Assembly (NCBI GenBank): GCA_965219455.1
Contig: OZ244744.1
Span: 5,780,229-5,844,228, forward strand
Source: Candidatus Latescibacterota bacterium
GTDB taxonomy: Bacteria; Latescibacterota; UBA2968; GCA-2709665
Direction of reading: 5' to 3'
Length of the DNA: 64,000 nucleotides
The translations under genes and the position numbers were made by a program. The notes under the pieces are model-generated. The model worked only from the letters and a program-made list of their open reading frames with translations. It did not search any database and had not been told where the DNA came from. Each line of letters begins with the position of its first letter. Within the stretch, counting starts at the first letter, position 1. Shown here in pieces: positions 18,995 through 27,802 of the stretch.

Positions 18995-20185
18995 TCACCG
19001 AACGTTCCCGGGGTTTGCGGCTTCAATGGCTTCGATATATTTCAGCCCCGTCCCGGTATTGAACAGTACGACCCGATCCGCGGAAGAAATCCACCCGTCC
19101 GCAACGAGTTTTTTTAGCCCGGCAAGCGTAGCCGCACCCTCCGGCGCCGGAAAAATTCCTGTTGCCGAAGCCATTTCCTCGACGCATGCCATCAACCTCC
19201 CGTCGGTGACGGCGACGGCCGTACCTCGGCTTTCCCGAATGGCTCGAAGCATAAGAAAGTCCCCCACGGCAGCCGGCACCCGAAGGCCTGAAGCGACGGT
19301 TTCGGCGCCTTCCCACAGATCGGCCGACTCGACGCCTGCTTCATATGCCCTGACGATAGGCGCGCAGCCCGCGGCCTGTACGGCCACCATCCTGGGCCGC
19401 CCTGAGCCGATCCACCCCATTTCTTCCATTTCGTCAAACGCCTTCCACATCCCGATCAGACCCGTGCCGCCACCCGTAGGATAGAGTACGACGTCCGGCA
19501 ACTCCCAGCCAAACTGCTCGGCGAGTTCATACCCCATTGTTTTTTTGCCCTCAACCCGGTACGGCTCCTTGAGCGTAGATACGTCGAACCAGCCCTCATC
19601 GACTTTCCGCTCGGCCACCATCCTTCCGCAATCCGTAATCAATCCGTCCAGAAGCGTCAGGTGCGCACCCAACCGCTCGCACTCCACCCTGTTTGCCACC
19701 GGGGCATCGACCGGCATAAAGATATATGCAGGCAGCGCAGCCCGCGCCGCGTAGGCCGCGGTTGCCCCCCCGGCATTCCCCGCCGAAGGAATGGCCACGG
19801 CCGCCGCCCCCAATTCAACCGCCCTGGATATCGCCGCCGACAACCCGCGCGCCTTGAATGATCCCGTTGGATTGACACCCTCGTCCTTTACATAGAGGTG
19901 TGGCACACCAACCCGCCTCCCCAGCGCCCCAACCTTCAGCAGTGGCGTGAACCCCTCTCCCAGGCTCACCCGGCACGCGGCCCGTTCGACGGGTAAGACT
20001 TCCTCGTACCGCCACATCGTCGCCACTCGTCCGGCCAAACCCGCTCTATTGAGTGATCTCGACGCTTTTTCCAAATCGTACCTGGCGAAAAGCGGCGCCT
20101 CACAGCAGGCGCTCAGATTCCACAGTCTATGCTTTTCGTGGGTTCCTCCACACCGGGTACATTCCAGGTCGACCAGATATCCCAT
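18995..20185 (-). CDS. thrC: Threonine synthase (ThrC-like PLP enzyme)
   Basis: LGEGFTPL, KDEGVNPTGSFKARG, SAGNAG, EGKKTMGYE, PTGGGTG and NTGTGLKY motifs; AGGAGG RBS. Confidence 0.88.
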   Translation of the reverse strand: MGYLVDLECTRCGGTHEKHRLWNLSACCEAPLFARYDLEKASRSLNRAGLAGRVATMWRYEEVLPVERAACRVSLGEGFTPLLKVGALGRRVGVPHLYVKDEGVNPTGSFKARGLSAAISRAVELGAAAVAIPSAGNAGGATAAYAARAALPAYIFMPVDAPVANRVECERLGAHLTLLDGLITDCGRMVAERKVDEGWFDVSTLKEPYRVEGKKTMGYELAEQFGWELPDVVLYPTGGGTGLIGMWKAFDEMEEMGWIGSGRPRMVAVQAAGCAPIVRAYEAGVESADLWEGAETVASGLRVPAAVGDFLMLRAIRESRGTAVAVTDGRLMACVEEMASATGIFPAPEGAATLAGLKKLVADGWISSADRVVLFNTGTGLKYIEAIEAANPGNVR

Positions 20186-20351
20186 CAACCCTCCTATTAG
20201 AGAAAGGGAAACGAGCATCCAGGCATTCTTCCGCCGAATCGACGTGGCGGAACTTACTTATCATGCACTCCGGCCTGGAGGTTGTCAAGCGCGATGGCGC
20301 AGGTTCGAAGCAAGCGGGTCCACAGCCGAGAATTCCCGAAGGACGACTCCC

Positions 20352-21674
20352 TCACCCACCGATGAGTCCATAATCTCTGATCTTTCTTCTGAGCGTTGGA
20401 CGCGAAACGCCCAGAATCTCGCAGGCCCTGCCCCGGTTCCAGCCCGTTGCATTCAGAATCTGCTCAATATGCCTGCGTTCCACGTCCGCCAGGGTCAGCG
20501 ATTCGCCGGTCTCGCCCGATTCATCCCAAATCAACCCCTTCAGGTGATTACACTGCACCGTTCGGCCCCGGCAATGAAGCGCCGCCCTGATCAGCACATT
20601 CTGCAGTTCCCTGACGTTACCCGGCCACGGATAGACCATGAGCCTGTGCATGGCCTCCTGAGATATGCCGGCCAGGCTTCGACCTGTCCGGCGCTGGATC
20701 TCGCTCAGCGTCCGCCGCACAAGCAAGGGTATATCCGAAAGCCGGTCTCGAAGCGGGGGCAATTGAACGGTTACCTCGCTGAGTCTGTAATAGAGGTCCG
20801 CCCTGAAAGACCCTTTCGCCACCAGATGCTCCAAGTCTGCATTCGTGGCCGCCACCACCCGCACATCCGGACGGATCGATTCCTGGCCGCCCACGCGACA
20901 GAACTCGACCTGGTCCAGTACGCGCAAGAGCTTGGCCTGAAACGTTGGAAGCGCGTCACCGATCTCGTCCAGGAAAAGCGTGCCATGGCTGGCCTGCTCA
21001 AAACACCCCGCGCGCCGGCCGGCAGCACCCGTGAAGGCGCCGCGCTCGTGCCCGAACAATTCACTCTCAGTAAGAGTCTCCATAACGGCCACGCAATTGA
21101 CGGCCACGAACGCCCCCGGTCTCCGAGACGTCCGGTGGATTTCCCTGGCCATCAACTCCTTGCCGGTGCCGCTTTCTCCGCAGACCAGAACCGTCGCCGA
21201 ACTCCCGGCTACCGCAGCCACCGTTTTCAACGCCTCGACCATCTTCTGGGAACGCCCCACAACCATCTCGCCGTCTACGTCGGAGTCGGGTTCGACCGGA
21301 CCTGTATCCGCCGGTGTCGGGTTCCGCTCGCTGCGCAGGCGATACAACAGCCCGTCCAGCGTCGGGTCGTCCACGGGCTTGGACAAACAGTCGTACGCAC
21401 CTCCTGAAATGGCCGTGAAAACCTGGTCAGGAGAAAATCCCTCACTTACCATAACCACCGGCGTATGCTTGTGTGCTTCCTCAAGAACAGGAAAACCGTC
21501 TCCATCCGGGAGTTCGGCCTCGGCGAAGACGCATGCCGGGCGGCCGCGCCTGTACATCCGCAAGCCTTCCCGCGCGGTTCCCGCACACGCAACACTCACC
21601 CCCCGCCTCTTCAAACGGTCTTTCATTTCCTTCCGAAATTGTCTGTCGCCATCCACCAGAAGCACGTGCTGCAT
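20352..21674 (-). CDS. Sigma-54-dependent NtrC-family activator (receiver, AAA+, Fis-type HTH)
   Basis: GESGTGKE, ELFGHERGAFTGA, LFLDEIG, WPGNVREL and a C-terminal ILGVSRPTLRRK helix-turn-helix. Confidence 0.93.
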   Translation of the reverse strand: MQHVLLVDGDRQFRKEMKDRLKRRGVSVACAGTAREGLRMYRRGRPACVFAEAELPDGDGFPVLEEAHKHTPVVMVSEGFSPDQVFTAISGGAYDCLSKPVDDPTLDGLLYRLRSERNPTPADTGPVEPDSDVDGEMVVGRSQKMVEALKTVAAVAGSSATVLVCGESGTGKELMAREIHRTSRRPGAFVAVNCVAVMETLTESELFGHERGAFTGAAGRRAGCFEQASHGTLFLDEIGDALPTFQAKLLRVLDQVEFCRVGGQESIRPDVRVVAATNADLEHLVAKGSFRADLYYRLSEVTVQLPPLRDRLSDIPLLVRRTLSEIQRRTGRSLAGISQEAMHRLMVYPWPGNVRELQNVLIRAALHCRGRTVQCNHLKGLIWDESGETGESLTLADVERRHIEQILNATGWNRGRACEILGVSRPTLRRKIRDYGLIGG

Positions 21675-21727
21675 AGACGGACCTCCATTCTGTGACCGGG
21701 ACACCACCGAAGAACTCCCGATTGCTA

Positions 21728-21744
21728 TGCAGACCGCGTACCGG
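21728..21744 (-). promoter_or_regulatory. Candidate sigma-54 (-24/-12) promoter
   Basis: Minus strand reads ccGGtacgcggtctGCa (GG-N10-GC), about 55 nt upstream of the activator start. Confidence 0.45.
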
Positions 21745-22079
21745 CGAGACGATCGCCAGGGAGAAAATGCTGCAACTCTTATCCTTGCAGAGACTAAGGC
21801 GCAAACTTCACAAAATCGAAATCCCTCCGATTGCGAACGGTTGTCGTGTTATACAGGACAGAAGTCGTGGCGACTGACGTGTGCCGCACGGCATCAATAC
21901 GGATCCCCCGGATGTGACACGGCACCCGGAAATTGCAGAAGGGCGATGACCGACCACACTGAGTACCCTCATCTTACCTGTCCCTGGAACCGGACCTGTA
22001 TTGCGGGGCGGTGTCCGTTAGGGCAGACGCAACCGTGAACCCCCGCTCTCCAGGGCTCCCGCGCCACCTGGTCACTCAT

Positions 22080-22118
22080 GAAAACAGCAGAGCGCTGTAA
22101 GGGAAAACGCTCTGCTGT
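22080..22118 (-). terminator. Intrinsic terminator of the FN3 gene
   Basis: 11-bp stem ACAGCAGAGCG/CGCTCTGCTGT followed by a short T-run on the minus strand. Confidence 0.65.
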
Positions 22119-22146
22119 CTGCGATGGGTTCTATTCCTTCAGAAAC

Positions 22147-25100
22147 CTACGGAATCACCACAACCGCCGAATCTGACGGATCACTGAATGCTGTCCCGTC
22201 AAGAGACACGATGCGATAGATATACGTGTTGCCCGAGTCGACGTCTGAATCGATATACGTCGTACCCTGTAGTCTAAACGCTACAGTTTCAAATCGGTTA
22301 CTCGAGGAGGTGCTCGCCTTCTGTCGGTAAACCCCGAAGCTGGTAATGCCGGTGGGCGCCCTCCAGGTGACGACAACGACAAGCCCTTCAACCTCACGCT
22401 CTTTTACAACAGCGGTGACGTTGGTCGGTTTTGCCACTACCCTTCTGGAGCCGGTCTGCAACGACACCATACTCGAAGCCCCGCTCTCATTGCCGCTGGC
22501 ATCGATGGCTCGCACCTGGTAGTTGTACGTCGTCGACGTCTCCAGATCGTCGTCGCGAAAACTTAGAGTGGTCGAGTCAACCGTTGCAATCCACGCAAAC
22601 CCGGCAGATCCTGTGCCCTCCGACCGGTAAATCCTGTACTGGTGAAGGCCCGTCTGTTCCGAACCGTCGTCATCGGTTGTGGATACACGCCAGGTCAGCA
22701 GAATCTTCGTATTGCTTGACAATTTCGCATACAGGAATTCCGGCGGGGCGGGCGCTTGTTCATCCTCAACGGTTGAACCCGTCTCCAACGACACCGTCTT
22801 TGAAGCCTCGCTCTCGTTTCCACTGGCGTCGATTGCCCGGACATGGTAGTTGTACGTCGTCGACGTCTCCAGATCGTCGTCCCGATAACTCAGCGCGGTC
22901 GAATCAACCGTTGCGATCCACTCAAACCCGGCCGATGCTGATTCCTCCGACCGATAAATCCTGTAATGGGAAAGGCCGGTTTGATCCGATCCGTCCTCAT
23001 CGGTAGTGGATGCGCGCCAGGACAACTGAATCGCCGTATTGCCCGACAGTTCCGCGTACAGGAAATCCGGCGGGGCAGGCGCTTGTTCATCCTCAACGGT
23101 TGAACCCGTTTCCAACGACACCGTCCTTGAAGCCTCGCTCTCGTTTCCACTGGCGTCAATTGCTCGGACCTGGTAGGTGTACGTCGTCGACGTCTCCAGA
23201 TCGTCGTCCCGATAGCTCAGCGTGGTCGAGTCAACCGTTGCAATCCACGCAAACCCGGCCGCGCCTGTGCCCTCCGACCTGTAAATCCTGTACTGGTGAA
23301 GGCCTGTCTGTTCCGAACCGTCGTCATCGGTTGTGGATGCGCGCCAGGTCAGCAGAATCTTCGTATTGCTTGACAATTTCGCATACAGGAATTCCGGCGG
23401 GGCAGGCGCTTGTTCATCCTCAACGGTTGAACCCGTCTCCAACGACACCGTCTTTGAAGCCTCGCTCTCGTTTCCACTGGCGTCGATTGCCCGGACATGG
23501 TAGTTGTACGTCGTCGACGTCTCCAGATCGTCGTCCCGATAACTCAGCGCGGTCGAATCAACCGTTGCGATCCACTCAAACCCGGCCGATGCTGATTCCT
23601 CCGACCGATAAATCCTGTAATGGGAAAGGCCGGTTTGATCCGATCCGTCCTCATCGGTAGTGGATGCGCGCCAGGACAACTGAATCGCCGTATTGCCCGA
23701 CAGTTCCGCGTACAGGAAATCCGGCGGGGCAGGCGCTTGTTCATCCTCAACGGTTGAACCCGTTTCCAACGACACCGTCCTTGAAGCCTCGCTCTCATTG
23801 CCGCTGGCATCGATGGCTCGCACCTGGTAGTTGTACGTCGTCGACCTCTCCAGATCGTCGTCGCGAAAACTTAGAGTGGTCGAGTCAACCGTTGCAATCC
23901 ACGCAAACCCGGCAGATCCTGTGCCCTCCGACCGGTAAATCCTGTACTGGTGAAGGCCCGTCTGTTCCGAACCGTCGTCATCGGTTGTGGATACACGCCA
24001 AGTCAGCAGAATCGTCGTATTGCTTGACAATTTCGCATACAGGAATTCCGGCGGGGCGGGCGCTTGTTCATCCTCAACGGTTGAACCCGTCTCCAACGAC
24101 ACCGTCTTTGAAGCCTCGCTCTCGTTTCCACTGGCGTCGATTGCCCGGACATGGTAGTTGTACGTCGTCGACGTCTCCAGATCGTCGTCCCGATAACTCA
24201 GCGCGGTCGAATCAACCGTTGCGATCCACTCAAACCCGGCCGATGCTGATTCCTCCGACCGATAAATCCTGTAATGGGAAAGGCCGGTTTGATCCGATCC
24301 GTCCTCATCGGTAGTGGATGCGCGCCAGGACAACTGAATCGCCGTATTGCCCGACAGTTCCGCGTACAGGAAATCCGGCGGGGCAGGCGCCGGGTCGTCG
24401 GAAACGGTAGCTAAGACGAAATCCGACAATCTGCTCTTGAGCCCGCCGGAGCCCACCGCGCGCACGCGATATGCGAATATTTGGCCCCCGACCAGAGGCG
24501 AATCTACATAGGCTGGCCACAAGGTGTTGAACGTAGCGATAGCTTCCGGCTGTCGCGGGTCGCTGTAGCGCATCACTTCGTAACCGCTCAGTTGCGGCTC
24601 CGAATTCGCTTCCCAGGCAAGTGTAATTTTGCCCTTGCCGGCGATAGCCGTAACACGGGTAGGCGTAGTAAGACCAGGCGTGCTGACGGATGACGGCTCG
24701 GACCGGGGCCCGCCGTTTTTCGCGAAGTCAACTGCGTTCACGGTGTAATAATACAGCGTTAGCGGCTCCACCGTGGTATCCCGGAACGTGGTCTGCGTTC
24801 CTGGAACCTGTGCCATTTCCACAAAAGAACTGGCGGTCTGTTTGGATCGGAAGATCCGGTAATAGGAAAGCCCCGTCAGGTCTTCGCCACCGTTATCCTT
24901 TGTAGGGGGCGCCCAACTCAGCAATACGGCGCCAGCATCGTCATCATCCAGGCTTACGCTTAAGTCCGTCGGCGCCGATGGAGGCGCCTCGTCCACCTCG
25001 GCCTGACCGTCGACGAACGGTGACGCTTCGCCAACTAAAATACCAAGCTCAGGATCTTGTAAAACCGCCTGGACGCGGTAAAAATAAATCACATCGAACT

Positions 25101-26055
25101 TCACGTCCGTATCGGTATACACGGTCTGGGCCGTGGTAAACGGAGTATTCGACGACACCGGCTCAAACGGCGCCTGGGTGGACGTAGAGCGCAACACCAG
25201 ATAACCCAGAAGATTTTCTTCGTTCGACGGGTTCCAGTGCAACTCGATTTTGCCGACCTTGCTGATGCTGCGCAGGCCACCCGGCGCGGCAATTACAGTT
25301 TCCAGCGTGTTAACCGACGCGGAGCGGGAACGCGCGCTTTCGTTGTCGAACCTGTCGATTGCAGAAATCTGATAGAAATACCGAACATCGGTCTCCAGAC
25401 GCGTTGTATCCGTATACGTGGTCTGCCCGGCGGGAACCGTAGCAATCTGAACATAGGCGTCTTCGGTGTCTCTTGCCCTGAAAACCCTGTAACCGTCCAG
25501 ACCGGTCAGGTCCTGGTCGCCCTCATCCACTCTGGGTGCATTCCATACAAGCGCCACGTGACCGGCTTTCCCGTCCCTTACGGCGGAGAGATTCGAAGGT
25601 GACCCCGGCGGCCTTTTGTCTTCGCGTACCTCGGCGCTCACGAAGGCGGATCTTTCGCTGGATTGTCCGTTGACATCCACCGTGTTGACCCTGTAGAAAT
25701 AAACTTTCGACGCCGAAACATCCATTGTCGAGTCGACGAAGACCGTGCGTCCGGTCGTTACATTCGCATCGTTCGACTCGCCGCTCAACCGGGTATACTC
25801 GCCCGTGGCCGATGTAGCGCGCCAGACGCCATAACCCGCCAGGTCGTCTATTTTCACGGCATCCCAGGTTACCAGAATTCGGCCGATGTCTCCCTGCGCC
25901 CGGATGTTTCCGGGCGGGTTCAGCGCCTCGCCTCCGGGAAAGTTCGGATCGACGGGATTCTCCCGCTCCCGACCGCAACGTCCCACGCCCACCAGGACAA
26001 TGGCCAGCATGCCCCACACCCCCAGTCGGAGGGGGCTGAATTTCCATCGCGCCAT
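22147..26055 (-). CDS. Large exported fibronectin type III repeat protein (about 12 FN3 domains, possible lipoprotein)
   Basis: Signal peptide ending near Cys-GRERENPVDP, then repeated P..P..L / W / Y.IYR / Y.Y.V.A.D..GNES units. Confidence 0.9.
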   Translation of the reverse strand: MARWKFSPLRLGVWGMLAIVLVGVGRCGRERENPVDPNFPGGEALNPPGNIRAQGDIGRILVTWDAVKIDDLAGYGVWRATSATGEYTRLSGESNDANVTTGRTVFVDSTMDVSASKVYFYRVNTVDVNGQSSERSAFVSAEVREDKRPPGSPSNLSAVRDGKAGHVALVWNAPRVDEGDQDLTGLDGYRVFRARDTEDAYVQIATVPAGQTTYTDTTRLETDVRYFYQISAIDRFDNESARSRSASVNTLETVIAAPGGLRSISKVGKIELHWNPSNEENLLGYLVLRSTSTQAPFEPVSSNTPFTTAQTVYTDTDVKFDVIYFYRVQAVLQDPELGILVGEASPFVDGQAEVDEAPPSAPTDLSVSLDDDDAGAVLLSWAPPTKDNGGEDLTGLSYYRIFRSKQTASSFVEMAQVPGTQTTFRDTTVEPLTLYYYTVNAVDFAKNGGPRSEPSSVSTPGLTTPTRVTAIAGKGKITLAWEANSEPQLSGYEVMRYSDPRQPEAIATFNTLWPAYVDSPLVGGQIFAYRVRAVGSGGLKSRLSDFVLATVSDDPAPAPPDFLYAELSGNTAIQLSWRASTTDEDGSDQTGLSHYRIYRSEESASAGFEWIATVDSTALSYRDDDLETSTTYNYHVRAIDASGNESEASKTVSLETGSTVEDEQAPAPPEFLYAKLSSNTTILLTWRVSTTDDDGSEQTGLHQYRIYRSEGTGSAGFAWIATVDSTTLSFRDDDLERSTTYNYQVRAIDASGNESEASRTVSLETGSTVEDEQAPAPPDFLYAELSGNTAIQLSWRASTTDEDGSDQTGLSHYRIYRSEESASAGFEWIATVDSTALSYRDDDLETSTTYNYHVRAIDASGNESEASKTVSLETGSTVEDEQAPAPPEFLYAKLSSNTKILLTWRASTTDDDGSEQTGLHQYRIYRSEGTGAAGFAWIATVDSTTLSYRDDDLETSTTYTYQVRAIDASGNESEASRTVSLETGSTVEDEQAPAPPDFLYAELSGNTAIQLSWRASTTDEDGSDQTGLSHYRIYRSEESASAGFEWIATVDSTALSYRDDDLETSTTYNYHVRAIDASGNESEASKTVSLETGSTVEDEQAPAPPEFLYAKLSSNTKILLTWRVSTTDDDGSEQTGLHQYRIYRSEGTGSAGFAWIATVDSTTLSFRDDDLETSTTYNYQVRAIDASGNESGASSMVSLQTGSRRVVAKPTNVTAVVKEREVEGLVVVVTWRAPTGITSFGVYRQKASTSSSNRFETVAFRLQGTTYIDSDVDSGNTYIYRIVSLDGTAFSDPSDSAVVVIP
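22446..24390 (-). repeat. Intragenic tandem repeat of six 327-bp FN3 units arranged (AB)3 with a 654-bp period
   Basis: Units begin at 24390, 24063, 23736, 23409, 23082 and 22755. The A units look identical by eye and the B units differ at a few sites. Confidence 0.95.
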
Positions 26056-26125
26056 AAACCTCTCCTTCACGCACAAGAGCTACGGATACTTGACGGCCGC
26101 CGGTTGACAGCCGCTGCCTCCTCGA

Positions 26126-26563
26126 CTAAAAATGCCTCTTGACGGCAACTTTGACCATTCTTTTGTTGACATCGCTCGTCATATCCAAATTAAGCTTTTT
26201 TTTCCTGTGGATCTTTGAAACGGTGTCGTCCACACCGCTTGAGAGTATCAAGCGCAACCCACTGGCCAGCAGAACGACAGACAGCCCGACACTCATTTTG
26301 CTTTTGGTATCGTAGTCGCCCGTCCGGTCGAACAACCGCGCCGCCTCTTCCGACGTATGGGCGAGTTTATAGGCGTCGTAGGTTCTGTTGGCGTCCCTGC
26401 GGAAATCAACGGCCTTCGTGGCCATCACAGTGCTTCCGCCCAGAAATAGTACGCCGAATGTCCGGCGGGACGTAAAAAACGACTTCGCCTGAACCGGTTC
26501 GGCCGTTATCCCGACCACAAGTGCAAGCAAGCAGCAAATCGCCTGCGGGACCCGCTTACGCAT
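26126..26563 (-). CDS. Hypothetical exported or membrane protein
   Basis: Signal peptide (MRKRVPQAICCLLALVVGITAEPVQA), two further hydrophobic segments, AGGAG RBS; directly upstream of the FN3 gene. Confidence 0.75.
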   Translation of the reverse strand: MRKRVPQAICCLLALVVGITAEPVQAKSFFTSRRTFGVLFLGGSTVMATKAVDFRRDANRTYDAYKLAHTSEEAARLFDRTGDYDTKSKMSVGLSVVLLASGLRLILSSGVDDTVSKIHRKKKLNLDMTSDVNKRMVKVAVKRHF

Positions 26564-26802
26564 AACCAGACTCCTGCAAATTGGAAACCCTTCTCCCGTC
26601 CGTGGGACCGTCGGTACGTTTAGACAGCATGAATCACGCAAAAGTTTCGTGGATTCTCCTCAGACACGGGTGCTTGTCCGGAAGGGTGGCACGACCAGGG
26701 GTCGGTCAATCAATCCCTGAGGTTTAAAAGAGCCGGGAAATGACATCATGGTGGGAGGTACATACCGCAGCAAGGCGTTGACCTTGGAGGAAAAGTTAGA
26801 AC

Positions 26803-26831
26803 AGTATAACAAAACAGGTGGCAAAAGGCAA
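26803..26831 (-). promoter_or_regulatory. Sigma-70-type promoter for the hypothetical/FN3 genes
   Basis: TTGCCT-N17-TATACT with an extended -10 TG, in an AT-rich patch. Confidence 0.55.
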
Positions 26832-26856
26832 CCGGAAATCGTCAGTCTACGGTCGT

Positions 26857-27675
26857 CTAATCGTAGACCCGATCTTCGTAATTCTTCTCCCAGGTGCGGT
26901 CGTCCCGCACCACGCAGGTGCCTGCCAATCTGTCGTGAAGCGCCTGTCTCCGCTTGTCCCAGATCATCCAAAGTATACTTACGCCAAGCGTCAGCCCCAT
27001 TAGCAGGTACTGTCCCCAGAATCGGATCAGCGCCCGCCTTACACCGACGGGTTCCCCCGTCCGTCGGATGAGCCGGATGCCAGCCTCCCGCATGCCGGGC
27101 GTACTTCCGGTGCGACCCCAGGCAGGAACGATCAGCAACGCCTTGTAACTCAAAAAACACAGCGTAACCAGACCGACCCGCAACCACTGTTCCACGTTCT
27201 TCCAGGCCACCGGATCCCCTGCTATCAGACCTGCGCCGAATTCCTGCAGCGGCGACGGACCGCGGCGAGCGGAGACGGCGGCAGTCGGCGGCTCGTCGTT
27301 TCCGAGATTCGATACGAGCAGAATCAGGGACTGACACGTCAGGAATAACGCGCCCAGAATCAGAAGGTGGATGAAGAGATCGATCAGGCTAGCCCATAGA
27401 CGCCGAAATAAGCCCGCACACACCGCATTTGAAGAGGTCTGCCGGTTGTGATGACTTTCCAGACTCGTCAGCCGATTCCGGATCTCGGCCCGCAAACCTT
27501 CCGCCCGCAACGGATATTCCCCGCGGTCCACGTGCGCGTACATATCCTCCAGTTCCGACAGCGTACTGGACCGAATGCGCTCCTCGTAGGCCTTATCATG
27601 TGGACCCGTTCCCGCATCCGGCTCCATAATCTCTCCTGCCGACTCTGGTGTCCCTTCCCAGAAATACGTCACCAT
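26857..27675 (-). CDS. RDD family membrane protein
   Basis: AGLFRRLWASLID, GSTPGM and WDKRRQALHDRLAGTCVV motifs. Confidence 0.88.
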   Translation of the reverse strand: MVTYFWEGTPESAGEIMEPDAGTGPHDKAYEERIRSSTLSELEDMYAHVDRGEYPLRAEGLRAEIRNRLTSLESHHNRQTSSNAVCAGLFRRLWASLIDLFIHLLILGALFLTCQSLILLVSNLGNDEPPTAAVSARRGPSPLQEFGAGLIAGDPVAWKNVEQWLRVGLVTLCFLSYKALLIVPAWGRTGSTPGMREAGIRLIRRTGEPVGVRRALIRFWGQYLLMGLTLGVSILWMIWDKRRQALHDRLAGTCVVRDDRTWEKNYEDRVYD

Positions 27676-27719
27676 TTATCCGCCTGTCTGCGTGCAGATC
27701 TTCCGCACAGGCAGGCCGA

Positions 27720-27791
27720 TTCATCCCGTCTCGCTGCGTTGCCTTTGCTCGACGGCCGAATTCAGGCAATCTATTTCAGGGACAGAACACT
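27720..27791. repeat. Longest copy of the dispersed MITE-like repeat
   Basis: TTCATCCCGTCTCGCTGCGTTGC...GCCGAATTCAGGCAATCTATTTCAGGGACAGAACACT, sharing parts with the copies at 1927, 3404 and 10892. Confidence 0.75.
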
Positions 27792-27802
27792 TGATCCTGC
27801 TT

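Noticed and set aside
22431-24314. Three repeated plus-strand ORFs of about 200 aa
   Set aside because: Antisense reflections of the FN3 tandem repeat.
22446-24390. Diversity-generating retroelement template/variable repeat pair
   Set aside because: The repeats are in-frame tandem domains, the differences are not confined to adenines, and no reverse transcriptase is present.
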